Of a stretch of DNA of 43,576 nucleotides, positions 19,809-29,416 are shown in pieces. The notes under the pieces were generated by a model. The model saw nothing but the letters and a program-made list of their open reading frames with translations. It made no database searches and was not told the origin of the DNA. How positions within the stretch are numbered: position 1 is the first letter of the stretch; the number at the start of each line of letters is the position of its first letter. The DNA lies in IMG/VR virus record IMGVR_UViG_3300037311_000448, positions 1 to 43,576 of that record; one strand, 5' to 3'. Origin of the DNA: a virus. Taxonomy: Duplodnaviria; Caudoviricetes. The position numbers and the translations under genes are program-made.

Positions 19809-20186
19809 TTAATACTGACCACTCACCCAAGCCAAAAACTTGCTATTTGATGGAACAGAGCGGTCTCGAAACACAAACCGCATTGTGTACGAAGCTGCGT
19901 CTGGATGTTGCGGCAGCGCAAAGACAAGCTGGTCAGAAATAATTTCTGAGCTTGGTGTGGGGAATTGCACCGGAGAATACTCCTTTGAGCGTTCCCATTG
20001 ACCGTTCACCGTAGGGTCGCCGTCAGGAAAAGGCGCGGTCGAAATAAATTGACCGTATTGGTTAAACCACGAAAACCACACTTGCAACTCGGGACGAATC
20101 ATTCCGTACCCTGCAATGCGGTTTGCGGCGCAAACAATGTTGTTTGTGTTTGGGTCGCGCTGAATTGAGCCTGTTGTATTGTGCAT
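19809..20186 (-). CDS. hypothetical protein
   Basis: 125-aa ORF in operon orientation. Confidence 0.7.
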   Translation of the reverse strand: MHNTTGSIQRDPNTNNIVCAANRIAGYGMIRPELQVWFSWFNQYGQFISTAPFPDGDPTVNGQWERSKEYSPVQFPTPSSEIISDQLVFALPQHPDAASYTMRFVFRDRSVPSNSKFLAWVSGQY

Positions 20187-20211
20187 AGCTGTCTAGTTAT
20201 TGTGAAAAAAA

Positions 20212-20520
20212 TTATTGCCCTTGCGATTGTAACGCTGCTTCAATGTCGGCGATAAGCGCATCTAAGTCCTCCATGATTTCTTGTTCCTCGCGCAAATGAC
20301 GCAAACGCTCTTGTTCAAACGTTTGCATTTTTTGTTCGCGCTCCATTTTCAGTCCAGCTAAACTCAAGGGAAATTTCTGGTCTTCGAGACGTTCTCCCGT
20401 CATTGCGTCAAACTGTGCTTGAACAATACGAACATCAAAACCTTGCTGACGCTCGTGGATTGCTGCTGGCTCTATAAAAACAAGATTGCGTTTTTTTCGT
20501 GTTAAATACAGTTGCGCCAT
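20212..20520 (-). CDS. hypothetical coiled-coil protein (possible fibre chaperone)
   Basis: 102 aa directly after the large lectin-domain gene. Confidence 0.7.
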   Translation of the reverse strand: MAQLYLTRKKRNLVFIEPAAIHERQQGFDVRIVQAQFDAMTGERLEDQKFPLSLAGLKMEREQKMQTFEQERLRHLREEQEIMEDLDALIADIEAALQSQGQ

Positions 20521-20544
20521 AGTGTTTGAACTAAATAAAAATGA

Positions 20545-22617
20545 TTAAATCTGTGATAAACCTGCAAAACTATCAAACGCCGTCTGTACGGGGCGAACTT
20601 TTACAAAACCCCAATACGGTCCTTGTATCACGCCGTTATTAACCGTAAACATTCCGCCAATCATTTGCGTAAAATAAAAATCGCCGCCATTTGGGTTTGC
20701 TTGCACAATGAGTTTTATATCACTGATAATCGGAAACCAATTTGTTGCCAACGTTGGCAACGCTATGCCGAGTGAATTAAATCCTTGCGTTGTTATTGGC
20801 GTAAACGACCCATTGCCAACCACAGGAAATTGCGTATTCACAGCTCCGCCACTACTCCCACTTGCTCGCAAATACACTGCTTGCGGACCTAACCATGCCA
20901 TCGTATTAAATGATGTTGTGTTGCCATCACCTGGAAACCACGGTCCGCCATCCACATACCGAATGTCTAAACCTGAGCCAATAACAACCGTGCGCGGCGG
21001 ATACATGCCCGCCGGACCAGAGGGCGGCACACCATAGACGGAATTATTTGGAAATGTCGGCAGACCACCACCACCGCTACCTGCCGCGTCCACACGCCAC
21101 ACACCGCCGCCCAAATTAACCGCAGTTGTGTTTGTGCCGTTGGTGAGACTTTGCACACCGTTTGTGGGCAGGGTCATTGATTTTGCCGTCAGCGCAACAT
21201 GACCTTGTGCGTCACGGCTGGCATCAAATCCGTTCAACGTATTGCCAACAATACTCATCGTCACCGATTGCGGCGTAAATGCAGGATGGGAATAAACAGG
21301 AGCATTGAGCGAAAACTGCCCTTGCTGCATTGTCCCAGTGACGTTACCGCCATTTTGGGTAAAAACCATGTCTTCCCAATTTCCACCCAATGCCGCATCA
21401 CTCAGCCATTTTTTGACACTCGGCACAGGAATTTGCTGATTTGTGCCGTTAATGGTGAGTTCGCTTATGGCAAAAAATGGGATTAACGTTGCACCGCCGT
21501 ACGTCCACGTGAGTTCGCCGATCACCGCTCCAAATCCCGTTGTTGAGCCAAATAAACGCCAGTACAAGTACGGCGTGCCGTTCACAAAATTAAACGTGCG
21601 GTCGCGGCCGCCTGTACTCCAGTCTTGCGTTGGAATCGTCGCTACATCCGTCCACGCCGTGCCGTTATTGCTGCCCTGCACTTTCATCGTGACCATGCCA
21701 TGCTGAAACGGTAAACCCGCTGGAAGTTGATAGCGCACAGCGGTACAGGTCACGGCACTTGGAAACTGCACCGCCAACCACTCGTTTGATGCGGTACTGG
21801 ACAGCCACCAATCTGAGACATTACCGTTGAGTGCATTCCACGCCGTGCCGTTATTGCTTGATGCTGAGGTTTGCCATGTATTTGAGCCGCTTGTGAGCGT
21901 GTTTGAACCTGCAAAAAACAAGCCCGTGCGCGGAAATGTTTCGCTTTGCGGAATACCGCCACTGTTGTACGCAGCTGTAACGTTCAACCGCAGCCGTGCG
22001 TAATTCGTCGTATTCGTGAAATTGTACGTTCTGGATTCCCCTGCTGTCCACGCAGCAACGTTAGTGCGCGTGTCCAACGTTACCCACGCCGTGCCGTTCC
22101 ACGCATCAAACGTCCACGAGCGCGGCGCGTTGGCTGCATCGTCACTCACGCGCAGCGTGTACGAGGTTGGCGCGGCAGATTGCGACATAAGAAGTTCAAT
22201 GCTTGCCGTAGAATTTTGAAACTGCGCGGCGTTGGCAAGCGTGCTGTCGCCCAAGTTGAACATCCGAAATGCGGGCTGCAACTCTGTTCCCGCCGACACG
22301 CTTACGGTGTAAGAAATGCCAGAAAATGACCCTGTATTGCTTGTCATTTCACGACCAACACGCGAAAACGGCAGCACGTCAATCGTGGTAAACGTGGCAG
22401 AAGGCAGCTTGCGAAGAAGGCCGTTGTCCACGTAGTTGGCAAGGTCGTAGGTGGCACCTGCGCCTGTACCGCCAGGTTTTGGCACATAGTCGCTTGTCGC
22501 GCTGTCAAATGTCAAAACATCGTTGTTATTTCCGCCATACAGCTCTCCCAACGTGAGCAAAAGCTCACGATTGAACGTTGCATCTTGTTCGGCAATGTGA
22601 AAAAACGATTTTGACAT
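20545..22617 (-). CDS. fibre/adhesin-like protein with two discoidin (F5/8 type C)-like domains
   Basis: Repeated APRSWTFDAWNGTAWVTLD...YARLRLNVT and KVQGSNNGTAWTDV...YLYWRL; Gly/Ser/Thr/Asn-rich. Confidence 0.75.
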   Translation of the reverse strand: MSKSFFHIAEQDATFNRELLLTLGELYGGNNNDVLTFDSATSDYVPKPGGTGAGATYDLANYVDNGLLRKLPSATFTTIDVLPFSRVGREMTSNTGSFSGISYTVSVSAGTELQPAFRMFNLGDSTLANAAQFQNSTASIELLMSQSAAPTSYTLRVSDDAANAPRSWTFDAWNGTAWVTLDTRTNVAAWTAGESRTYNFTNTTNYARLRLNVTAAYNSGGIPQSETFPRTGLFFAGSNTLTSGSNTWQTSASSNNGTAWNALNGNVSDWWLSSTASNEWLAVQFPSAVTCTAVRYQLPAGLPFQHGMVTMKVQGSNNGTAWTDVATIPTQDWSTGGRDRTFNFVNGTPYLYWRLFGSTTGFGAVIGELTWTYGGATLIPFFAISELTINGTNQQIPVPSVKKWLSDAALGGNWEDMVFTQNGGNVTGTMQQGQFSLNAPVYSHPAFTPQSVTMSIVGNTLNGFDASRDAQGHVALTAKSMTLPTNGVQSLTNGTNTTAVNLGGGVWRVDAAGSGGGGLPTFPNNSVYGVPPSGPAGMYPPRTVVIGSGLDIRYVDGGPWFPGDGNTTSFNTMAWLGPQAVYLRASGSSGGAVNTQFPVVGNGSFTPITTQGFNSLGIALPTLATNWFPIISDIKLIVQANPNGGDFYFTQMIGGMFTVNNGVIQGPYWGFVKVRPVQTAFDSFAGLSQI

Positions 22618-22627
22618 AAATACTTTA

Positions 22628-23200
22628 TTACCACTCTGGATACGTCGCTAAAGGCAATATAAACCCTACTATTTTTTCATCCACAGGCCGCCATGTCATG
22701 CGAAGAGCATCAGCCGCGTTGCCTTCGTAGCACAGCATTTTGCCCTGCTCTGGCACATACTCAGCACAAATGCCGATGTGGTCATCTGTGCCTTCCTGCG
22801 TGTCGTCGTCGTCGGCAACATCAAAAATCACCAACGCGCCGCGCAATCGCTCACGATGAACGCTGTCTATCTCTGCTCTCCACAGCGTTTGTAATCCTAA
22901 ATCGTGCAAGGGGCGTAAATAAATCTTTGTGGCAAACGCCACGATGCTGTTTTTTTCGTGCGGCAATGCGTCCAGAAATGCCCGCAAAGCGTTTCTCAAA
23001 TCATTGTTCAGCGAGGGCGCATACGCCCGCCACCACACGCTGTTTGCCCAGTAGTTACACCAACCTTGCCCCTTTGTCCAGCCCATCGCTTGCAGGAATT
23101 TAGTAAACACGCTATTGCTGAACCCCGCATCGTTGCCGCGTTCCGTGATGCCTAGCGCGTAATCGCTCGCGCAAATGTGCAGTATTTGATGTTGTGTCAT
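22628..23200 (-). CDS. CHAP-like cysteine peptidoglycan hydrolase
   Basis: WCNYWAN (Cys), DHIGI (His) and EGN motifs; start MTQHQ overlaps the upstream stop. Confidence 0.75.
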   Translation of the reverse strand: MTQHQILHICASDYALGITERGNDAGFSNSVFTKFLQAMGWTKGQGWCNYWANSVWWRAYAPSLNNDLRNALRAFLDALPHEKNSIVAFATKIYLRPLHDLGLQTLWRAEIDSVHRERLRGALVIFDVADDDDTQEGTDDHIGICAEYVPEQGKMLCYEGNAADALRMTWRPVDEKIVGFILPLATYPEW

Positions 23201-23373
23201 AACTCGTCGTCGTAGGTGTGAAAAAGATACAGCCCGTTGAGCGTAAAACCACACGCCAAAACAAAACTTTGCGGGTCGTTCATATGCAGCACCAGCTTTG
23301 CAAAAATGTGAATGCTCCAAAACAGCGCACCCACGCACAGCAGCACCAAAGCGGCTTTCAAACGTTCGTTCAT
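23197..23373 (-). CDS. small two-TM membrane protein
   Basis: 58 aa with two hydrophobic segments; overlaps both neighbours. Confidence 0.6.
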   Translation of the reverse strand: MNERLKAALVLLCVGALFWSIHIFAKLVLHMNDPQSFVLACGFTLNGLYLFHTYDDEL

Positions 23374-23570
23374 TGTTTTGCGTGTTGTAATTGATGCTGT
23401 TCTTGCTTTTGAAACACAATCCAAAACGGCTCGCCAATCGGTCTGCGGTCAAATGCGTACAACAACATTCGTGCGGCGTGCTGCGTTTTAGCGCGGTCAA
23501 GGCCAAAAAAACGCAGTTCTGGTGCGGCGTGTGCGTCGCTCAAATGCTCAAAAGCACGGTCAAGACACAT
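23370..23570 (-). CDS. hypothetical protein
   Basis: 66 aa; ATGA overlap downstream; internal LDRA...HAA repeat. Confidence 0.5.
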   Translation of the reverse strand: MCLDRAFEHLSDAHAAPELRFFGLDRAKTQHAARMLLYAFDRRPIGEPFWIVFQKQEQHQLQHAKQ

Positions 23571-23579
23571 TTTTTTATA

Positions 23580-23942
23580 TTATCGTTTCACCGTCACTGT
23601 ATCACCCTCGCCTTGTTTTGCAGGCTGGACACTTGCTTGGTCTTTGGAGAAAAATCCAAAAAATCCGTTGCCCAATTCTAATACCCACACTGGCACGGGA
23701 ACACCCGCCGCATGGAGCGCGAGCGCAATGACGTTGCCACCCGCACCCGCAACCGAAAAGCCGTCGGTTTTGGCGAACAGCGCGTTGGCAATCCCAATGC
23801 TGGCCGAAACAACAGGTATCCACACAGGCGGAACGCTTAGAAAGGACAAAACAGCAGGGGCTATCACGCCAATGCCGCCCATAATCGTTGTTTGTGCGTT
23901 GTTTTTAATGCGGTCAAAAAGATTGGCAAAAAATGTTTCCAT
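23580..23942 (-). CDS. putative holin
   Basis: KNNAQTTIMGGIG then 3-4 hydrophobic segments and a charged C-terminus; further in-frame ATGs at 24095 and 24200. Confidence 0.6.
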   Translation of the reverse strand: METFFANLFDRIKNNAQTTIMGGIGVIAPAVLSFLSVPPVWIPVVSASIGIANALFAKTDGFSVAGAGGNVIALALHAAGVPVPVWVLELGNGFFGFFSKDQASVQPAKQGEGDTVTVKR

Positions 23943-24108
23943 CGTTGTTTGAGATTGGTTGTACAAATGGTGTTGTCGTTCAAATGCTTGGTCTTGAAGC
24001 AAAGCGTGTTGCCGCGCCAGTTCTGCCAGTTGGCCAACATTGACAGGGTTTAACGTTTGCGCCCATTGCTGAATCGGCGGCACGGGCAATGGCATTGCTT
24101 CCACGCGG

Positions 24109-24699
24109 CTAATCGTCGCTGCTGTCGTCGCGGGAGCGGCGGCGGGTTCGTCGCTGCTCTGATGCGCTGTCGGTTCGTCGTAATCGGAAATCATACTCAT
24201 CCTCGTTTTGATGTTCGCGGAGCAAATGCTGCCGTCGCTGTGATTTGTCCTGCAATTCTAATCCATCGTTTTGTTCACTTCGCTCGCTGTCGCGGTTGGA
24301 ACTGCGTTCAAACGGTTCGCCAAACACGTCACGTTCTTTGTCCTGCCGTACTTCGACAAACGCGCTGTTGGGAAACATTTGTTTTTCTAACATTTCTGCC
24401 TTTCCTTCTGCTTTGCCTGCTTTGTGCGCCAGTGCCGCATAATTCGTGTACATTTTTTCTAATTTTTCAAGCATCAGCACATTGTTTGTGTCTGCTCGTT
24501 GCGCTGAAGCCAAAATCAAATTTTCGGAATCCGTTGCCGCTTGATTAAACCCCGAACGCCGCCGAATAGCTGAACCAATCGCATTTTTCGTGTCCGCGCC
24601 AAACGTTTTGTACAGCCTATTGCCACCCCACAGCGTCCCCGCCGCCGCCGCCAGCACGGATACTACCGTCCATAGGTCTATGGTAAAATGTGGATTCAT
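24109..24699 (-). CDS. membrane-anchored coiled-coil lysis-module protein
   Basis: Single N-terminal TM helix, helical middle, highly charged C-terminus. Confidence 0.65.
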   Translation of the reverse strand: MNPHFTIDLWTVVSVLAAAAGTLWGGNRLYKTFGADTKNAIGSAIRRRSGFNQAATDSENLILASAQRADTNNVLMLEKLEKMYTNYAALAHKAGKAEGKAEMLEKQMFPNSAFVEVRQDKERDVFGEPFERSSNRDSERSEQNDGLELQDKSQRRQHLLREHQNEDEYDFRLRRTDSASEQRRTRRRSRDDSSDD

Positions 24700-24702
24700 G
24701 TA

Positions 24703-25386
24703 TCATCGCACCTGTTTCCACTTGTTGTAACTCGCATCTACAAATCCCACAATGTCCAATTTGGTGCGGTTTTGGAGCGGGAATACTTTTTCGTATTCAT
24801 CCACGCAAAACAGCGCGAACTTCACTTCGTCGGGTATTGTTGTTGTCGCTAACTGTTCTCGGATTAACACCAACATTTGTATCCAGCACAGCCCATCAAA
24901 AATGAGTGCTAAAAGCGCGTATTCAACACCCAAACGCCCCGAATGCGAGTGGACAACAGGCACATAGACTATCAGCAGATTGATGATGCTCAACGTCCAC
25001 GCAACAAAGGCCGTGAACGTGGCTTTGGTACGTTGCTCTAAATTGCCGTGTTGCACCGCCCACAGTTGCCATGCCGCCGCCACGCCTGCACTACCTGTTA
25101 TGCTGGCCAACACGCGCGGATGAATAGTTTCAGGCGCAATAATGCTCAGAGCAATTTTGCCCGCTATGAGTGCCAGCAAGCCCGCCACGCTGATACGCTC
25201 CAAAAAACGATTGGGCGGAACGCGAAGTATGTTGTCAAAGAATATATCTATCCACCGTCGGACGTTTTGCTTTATTGAAATGGACTGCACTTGCCGTACT
25301 GTCCAAATAGTCATTCCCAAAACGGCCACTATAGCCCAGACAGGCAGCCATTGCCAGCTATTGAGGTTACGCCAACTGCTCATCAT
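24703..25386 (-). CDS. multi-pass membrane protein
   Basis: About 5 hydrophobic segments; start overlaps the lysozyme end. Confidence 0.7.
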   Translation of the reverse strand: MMSSWRNLNSWQWLPVWAIVAVLGMTIWTVRQVQSISIKQNVRRWIDIFFDNILRVPPNRFLERISVAGLLALIAGKIALSIIAPETIHPRVLASITGSAGVAAAWQLWAVQHGNLEQRTKATFTAFVAWTLSIINLLIVYVPVVHSHSGRLGVEYALLALIFDGLCWIQMLVLIREQLATTTIPDEVKFALFCVDEYEKVFPLQNRTKLDIVGFVDASYNKWKQVR

Positions 25387-25927
25387 CGCCCTCAAATTGG
25401 TTGAAAGCAATGCTGCGACGCGGCCTTGCAATCAATCCTTTTTGTAGCATTTCCCGCTCCGCCGCATCACGGCTCACATACCGCTCCATCACAAACATTT
25501 GCTGTTCAGCATACCGCCGTATCGTCAGGCCGCGCAGTTCTCTGCCGTCTGCCATGTCGTACAAGAGCATTGCCGCTGCAATGTCGTCACGGTCACGCTG
25601 GCCGCGCTTTGTGAGTTGGTGAATGCTACCAAGATTGTAGGCGAACAATACCATTGCGTCAAATTCGTGTTGCTCCCAGTGATAGTGACGGTCGTACTCC
25701 ATCACGTGCCGCTCAAACCGCTCTAATACATCGTCCAGTATTTCCTCAGCTTCAACTTTACTCATCGTCGGGCATGAACGTTGTATGCCCGCCCAGCGCG
25801 TTCCCCGTAGCACTGGCGCGGTGAATCCAAACCCAATCGTGGGAACGCCCGCGCTGTCAATGTACCGCGTGGATGAAAAACCTTCAAAGCTCACCAACAC
25901 GTCTTCGGCTTGTTCACTCAGTTTCAT
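25367..25927 (-). CDS. endolysin, GH24 lysozyme
   Basis: FEGFSSTRYIDSAGVPTIGFG (E-D-T triad), FDAMVLFAYNLG, GLTIRRYAEQQMF. Confidence 0.93.
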   Translation of the reverse strand: MKLSEQAEDVLVSFEGFSSTRYIDSAGVPTIGFGFTAPVLRGTRWAGIQRSCPTMSKVEAEEILDDVLERFERHVMEYDRHYHWEQHEFDAMVLFAYNLGSIHQLTKRGQRDRDDIAAAMLLYDMADGRELRGLTIRRYAEQQMFVMERYVSRDAAEREMLQKGLIARPRRSIAFNQFEGDDEQLA

Positions 25928-26378
25928 GCTCGCTCTCCGTTGTTGGTTGCTGGTCTGGTGATGATTCGTCGTAATACAATTCAATAAAAAACGGAAACTT
26001 CCAGCCCTGTTCTAACCACTCATGCGCCTCTTCACGGTCGTATTCATGATCCGCAGGCGTTGTACACACGCGCCACGTGACGCTGATACGCTGTCGAGTA
26101 TTGATAGCCTGAGCGTGTTCGTACTGCGTGTTTAGCAATTCAAACACATCCAAAAGCCATTTTGAGCTTGATGTGTTGTAATAGTTGATGTCAAACGTAA
26201 GCGTTAAATCCCTTCCCGCCCCGATGTAATCGGCTATCCAGTCAATAATGACCTGCCACCAATCCGCCGCATTCTCAGGTTTGGACTCGCCGCGAAACAC
26301 GCCCGTGTGCGCCACAGGGTCAAGCACCACGTGAGGCGTGTCTTTTGTTTTCTGCAATTCCAACCGTTGCATGGCCAT
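25914..26378 (-). CDS. siaC: SiaC-family (DUF1987) regulatory phosphoprotein homolog
   Basis: TKDTP, GESKPENA, IIDWIADY, YYNTSSSK (phospho-Thr motif), V.W and KFPF match SiaC hallmarks. Confidence 0.85.
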   Translation of the reverse strand: MAMQRLELQKTKDTPHVVLDPVAHTGVFRGESKPENAADWWQVIIDWIADYIGAGRDLTLTFDINYYNTSSSKWLLDVFELLNTQYEHAQAINTRQRISVTWRVCTTPADHEYDREEAHEWLEQGWKFPFFIELYYDESSPDQQPTTESEHETE

Positions 26379-26380
26379 TG

Positions 26381-26581
26381 TTATTCCTCGCCTTGCTTAC
26401 TTTCAGCACCTGAATTGATTTGGTCGTAGCGGTCGTACAACAACGCCCGCGTCATTTCCAACGTTGTCGTAATGCGTCGGTCAAAAGGCCTGCCATGCGC
26501 GGTACATTCTGCCTCGTACATGGTTTGCAGTTGTGCGCTGTGCGCGGCCAGTGCGTCCAGATATTCTGTACCGTTTGTCAT
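26381..26581 (-). CDS. small hypothetical protein
   Basis: 66 aa tightly packed between nuclease and SiaC genes. Confidence 0.7.
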   Translation of the reverse strand: MTNGTEYLDALAAHSAQLQTMYEAECTAHGRPFDRRITTTLEMTRALLYDRYDQINSGAESKQGEE

Positions 26582-26582
26582 G

Positions 26583-27209
26583 CTAGCGTTTTGGTTTGTC
26601 TGTGTATTTGCTGTTCATGTCCGCCAAACCCGCATTGCGAAACTCCTCTGCGTATTCTACCAACTCTCCTAATTTTACAAACCACACGCGGTACAACGGA
26701 CGGCAGTAGATGTCGAGCTTGGGCGTGGTGAAATCACGACACAGCGTCACCGTGCGGCGCAGGATGAGTTTTTTTGCGTGGTCTTTGGCCATTTCGCCCA
26801 ATCGCATAGCTTCGCTTTGCGAAATGCCCGCCGCAGCCGCTTGCCGTGCGAGCTTGTCGCCCCGCCGCGTTTCGTAACTGTCAATACCCACCACACGCAC
26901 GCTCACCACCGTATCACGGTACGTTGCAATCCAGACGTGGCGCGGCGTGTGCGTCACGGAATCCACCACGAGGTTTTGCACGGAATCAATCGCCTGTGTC
27001 CGCACTTTGAACGTGTCGCCGTCCACAATGTCAATAACCGCCGCTTCGCAGGTGTCCGTGAGCATGAGTGCGACAGGGCAACGTGAAACGGACAAGCGCG
27101 GCTGTGCGTGGGTTTTGGGAGCAAAGAACAACAACACCATTGCGGCGATGAACGCCAGCAGCAGTGCGGTCAAAAACACGGTGGTTCGGTTGTCGGTAAA
27201 ACGTGTCAT
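26583..27209 (-). CDS. thermonuclease (SNase-like) with signal peptide/TM anchor
   Basis: IVDGDT, VRVVGIDSYE and DIYCRPL catalytic motifs; hydrophobic N-terminus ending THA-Q. Confidence 0.9.
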   Translation of the reverse strand: MTRFTDNRTTVFLTALLLAFIAAMVLLFFAPKTHAQPRLSVSRCPVALMLTDTCEAAVIDIVDGDTFKVRTQAIDSVQNLVVDSVTHTPRHVWIATYRDTVVSVRVVGIDSYETRRGDKLARQAAAAGISQSEAMRLGEMAKDHAKKLILRRTVTLCRDFTTPKLDIYCRPLYRVWFVKLGELVEYAEEFRNAGLADMNSKYTDKPKR

Positions 27210-27224
27210 GGGGTTGGTATTTGA

Positions 27225-28367
27225 TTATGGTAATGGAGCTTGATTGTTCATTATGCGTGTGACGTTTGCTGCGTCAAGAGCTTGATTGTACACCGAAAAC
27301 GAGTAAAGTTGATAATCAGCAGGAAGCGTTTCGCCAATATTATACTGACTTCCTGAATGATTTATAGCCCCAAATGTTCCAGTTGTACTCAAAGTGACAG
27401 ATACGCCATCGATGTATATTTTTACGCCTGCAAACCCTAAGCTGTGGTCATACGTGATGGCTACATGATAGTTTGTGTTTGGAACAATTACCCCTGAATC
27501 CGTGCTGACAATCCAGCCAAAGCCTACAATAGAGCCAAAAAGCACCTGACCAGTAGCGGTGATTTGCACATTCATATCTACTCCAGAAGCCCCCTTAAAC
27601 ACATTGTAGGCCGCCGCTACGGAAGCGCCTGTGCGAAGGTGCATTCCTATTGTGAACTTTTTGCTCGCACCAGTAAATGTGCTGCTAAGAGCGGTGTTGA
27701 TGAAATATGTGCGCCCGCCTGAGTTGAAACCAGTTAAAGCTTGTCCTTGTGCCGACCAGTTGTTGGCGTAAAGAGGCGTTCCCGTCCAGCCTGCAGGGAA
27801 ATTGCCTGTAATGTCGCTCAAGTTGCCCTCGTAGTTGTGTCCTACCACAAGACTGGCGTGAGGCTGAATTGTTCCCGAAGCTGCGCTTGCGGTAAAATTT
27901 TGTGCGGTGACGTTTCCGCCCGACACAACGACGCTGCGCGTGGAGGGCGTGAATGTATGACCAAGAATCGAAGGGGTGAGCGTGTAGGTGCCGTCGGGAA
28001 CACCCGTAATCGTGAAATTTCCGCTTCCGTCCGTAACCGCGCTGTACGCTCCAAGCGAGACTGTTACGCCTGCCTGCACAGAGCCTGTAATTTGTCCTGA
28101 GACCGTGTACGTCGCTTGTGCAAGCATCACGCCTGCACTGACGAGCGCATCACGAAGGTTTGTCACGGTCGGCGAAGCAATGTACGCAACGGGTGTAAGT
28201 GTGCCACCACCTGTAAACGCAGGTGCCCACAACGTGCCATCCCAACGCTCGTATTGGCTCAAATTGACGTGATAAATCAATGCGTCTAATTTGAGGAGCG
28301 GTGCGGGCAAACTATCCCGTTCGGTCGTTGTTAAACGAGGCGGATACAAAGGAATTGTGTTTTTCAT
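27225..28367 (-). CDS. structural/adhesin protein with Ig-like (carboxypeptidase-regulatory-like) and LamG/ConA-like domains
   Basis: YTVSGQI...TDGSGNFTITGVPDGTYTLTPS; YHVAITYD...KIYIDG...VYNQAL. Confidence 0.8.
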   Translation of the reverse strand: MKNTIPLYPPRLTTTERDSLPAPLLKLDALIYHVNLSQYERWDGTLWAPAFTGGGTLTPVAYIASPTVTNLRDALVSAGVMLAQATYTVSGQITGSVQAGVTVSLGAYSAVTDGSGNFTITGVPDGTYTLTPSILGHTFTPSTRSVVVSGGNVTAQNFTASAASGTIQPHASLVVGHNYEGNLSDITGNFPAGWTGTPLYANNWSAQGQALTGFNSGGRTYFINTALSSTFTGASKKFTIGMHLRTGASVAAAYNVFKGASGVDMNVQITATGQVLFGSIVGFGWIVSTDSGVIVPNTNYHVAITYDHSLGFAGVKIYIDGVSVTLSTTGTFGAINHSGSQYNIGETLPADYQLYSFSVYNQALDAANVTRIMNNQAPLP

Positions 28368-28401
28368 AATTGCAATATCAAATCGGTATCAAATCGTCAC
28401 A

Positions 28402-28444
28402 GAAAAAAAATACAACCCGTGCCTTGCACTTGGCTTAGCACGGG
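28402..28444 (-). terminator. terminator-like hairpin
   Basis: CCCGTGC...GCACGGG followed by TTGTATTTTTTTT on the minus strand. Confidence 0.55.
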
Positions 28445-28459
28445 CGTTAAATATTTTTT

Positions 28460-29395
28460 TTAGCCAACAACAACCACGCGGTAGCCTGTCACCGCGAACG
28501 AGAAATTGAGCGTAATCGTATTCACCGTCGAAGTGAATATATCGCACATCACAAGTTCGTCGCCGTCGTACACCGACACCGTCACGTCTTTTGTGTTCAA
28601 ATTGTGCGTCACAACATGGCTTGTTGCTGCTACGCCAAGTGTGCCAGCGTATTTGCGAGGAAGTTGAGTAACATTAACGCCCTCAATTCCAGCTTCAAAA
28701 GCAAGCGTCGTTTCGTTAAATTGTAAAAGTGCATCTGCTGCCGTGCCGCGTTTAATGCGGATGCCCGCCGTACCTGCCGTTACGCCAGCACCTATCTCGT
28801 CTTTGTTTAAAACAATTTCATTGTCGGTAATGGACAGGTCAGTGCTGTTTACGGTTGTTGTGTTGCCTATAATTGAGAGATTGCCGTGTACCGTGAGGTC
28901 GTCCACGTGAAAATCTGCATACGCATCATCAGCCGCCGTGCGAGCCGAAAGCTCCGCCGCGCCTGTGGCTTTGATACGCCCTTGTTGCGTAGCTGCAGCA
29001 TCACGAATGAGAAGACCGCCATTCTGCGTTGAGCTCGCCACCAGCGGCGCATCAAACGTTCCCGTCAGGTCGCCGCCAATTTCAATTTTTGTATTGAGTT
29101 CAGCCCGAAGGTCAGAAGGTTTAACAACAAGAGGATTTCCAGAGCCGTCGTCGTCTGTGCCTGCGTCAAATTCTGCCGTTGTGGCAATCTGTACAACGCC
29201 TGTTTGCACGTCCGACGCGGGCGCGGTTGCGACAACATCACCTTCCATTAAAAACCGCTTATCTGTGCCAGCCACACGGCCAACAAAACCTTCTGTGCTA
29301 TCTGTACGATAGCCCATTTGCCCGTTTGCTGTAAACGCTGCAAGAAGGTCTGCTGCTGTGTTCAGCGCGAATTTCAAAACTGAACGTAATTGCAT
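28460..29395 (-). CDS. fibre-like virion protein
   Basis: ASDVQTGVVQIATTAE fibre repeat; GNTTTVNSTDLSITDNEIVLN; C-terminal VTHNLNTKDVTVSVYD domain. Confidence 0.75.
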   Translation of the reverse strand: MQLRSVLKFALNTAADLLAAFTANGQMGYRTDSTEGFVGRVAGTDKRFLMEGDVVATAPASDVQTGVVQIATTAEFDAGTDDDGSGNPLVVKPSDLRAELNTKIEIGGDLTGTFDAPLVASSTQNGGLLIRDAAATQQGRIKATGAAELSARTAADDAYADFHVDDLTVHGNLSIIGNTTTVNSTDLSITDNEIVLNKDEIGAGVTAGTAGIRIKRGTAADALLQFNETTLAFEAGIEGVNVTQLPRKYAGTLGVAATSHVVTHNLNTKDVTVSVYDGDELVMCDIFTSTVNTITLNFSFAVTGYRVVVVG

Positions 29396-29416
29396 TTGTG
29401 CTTCCTTTGAAAAAAA

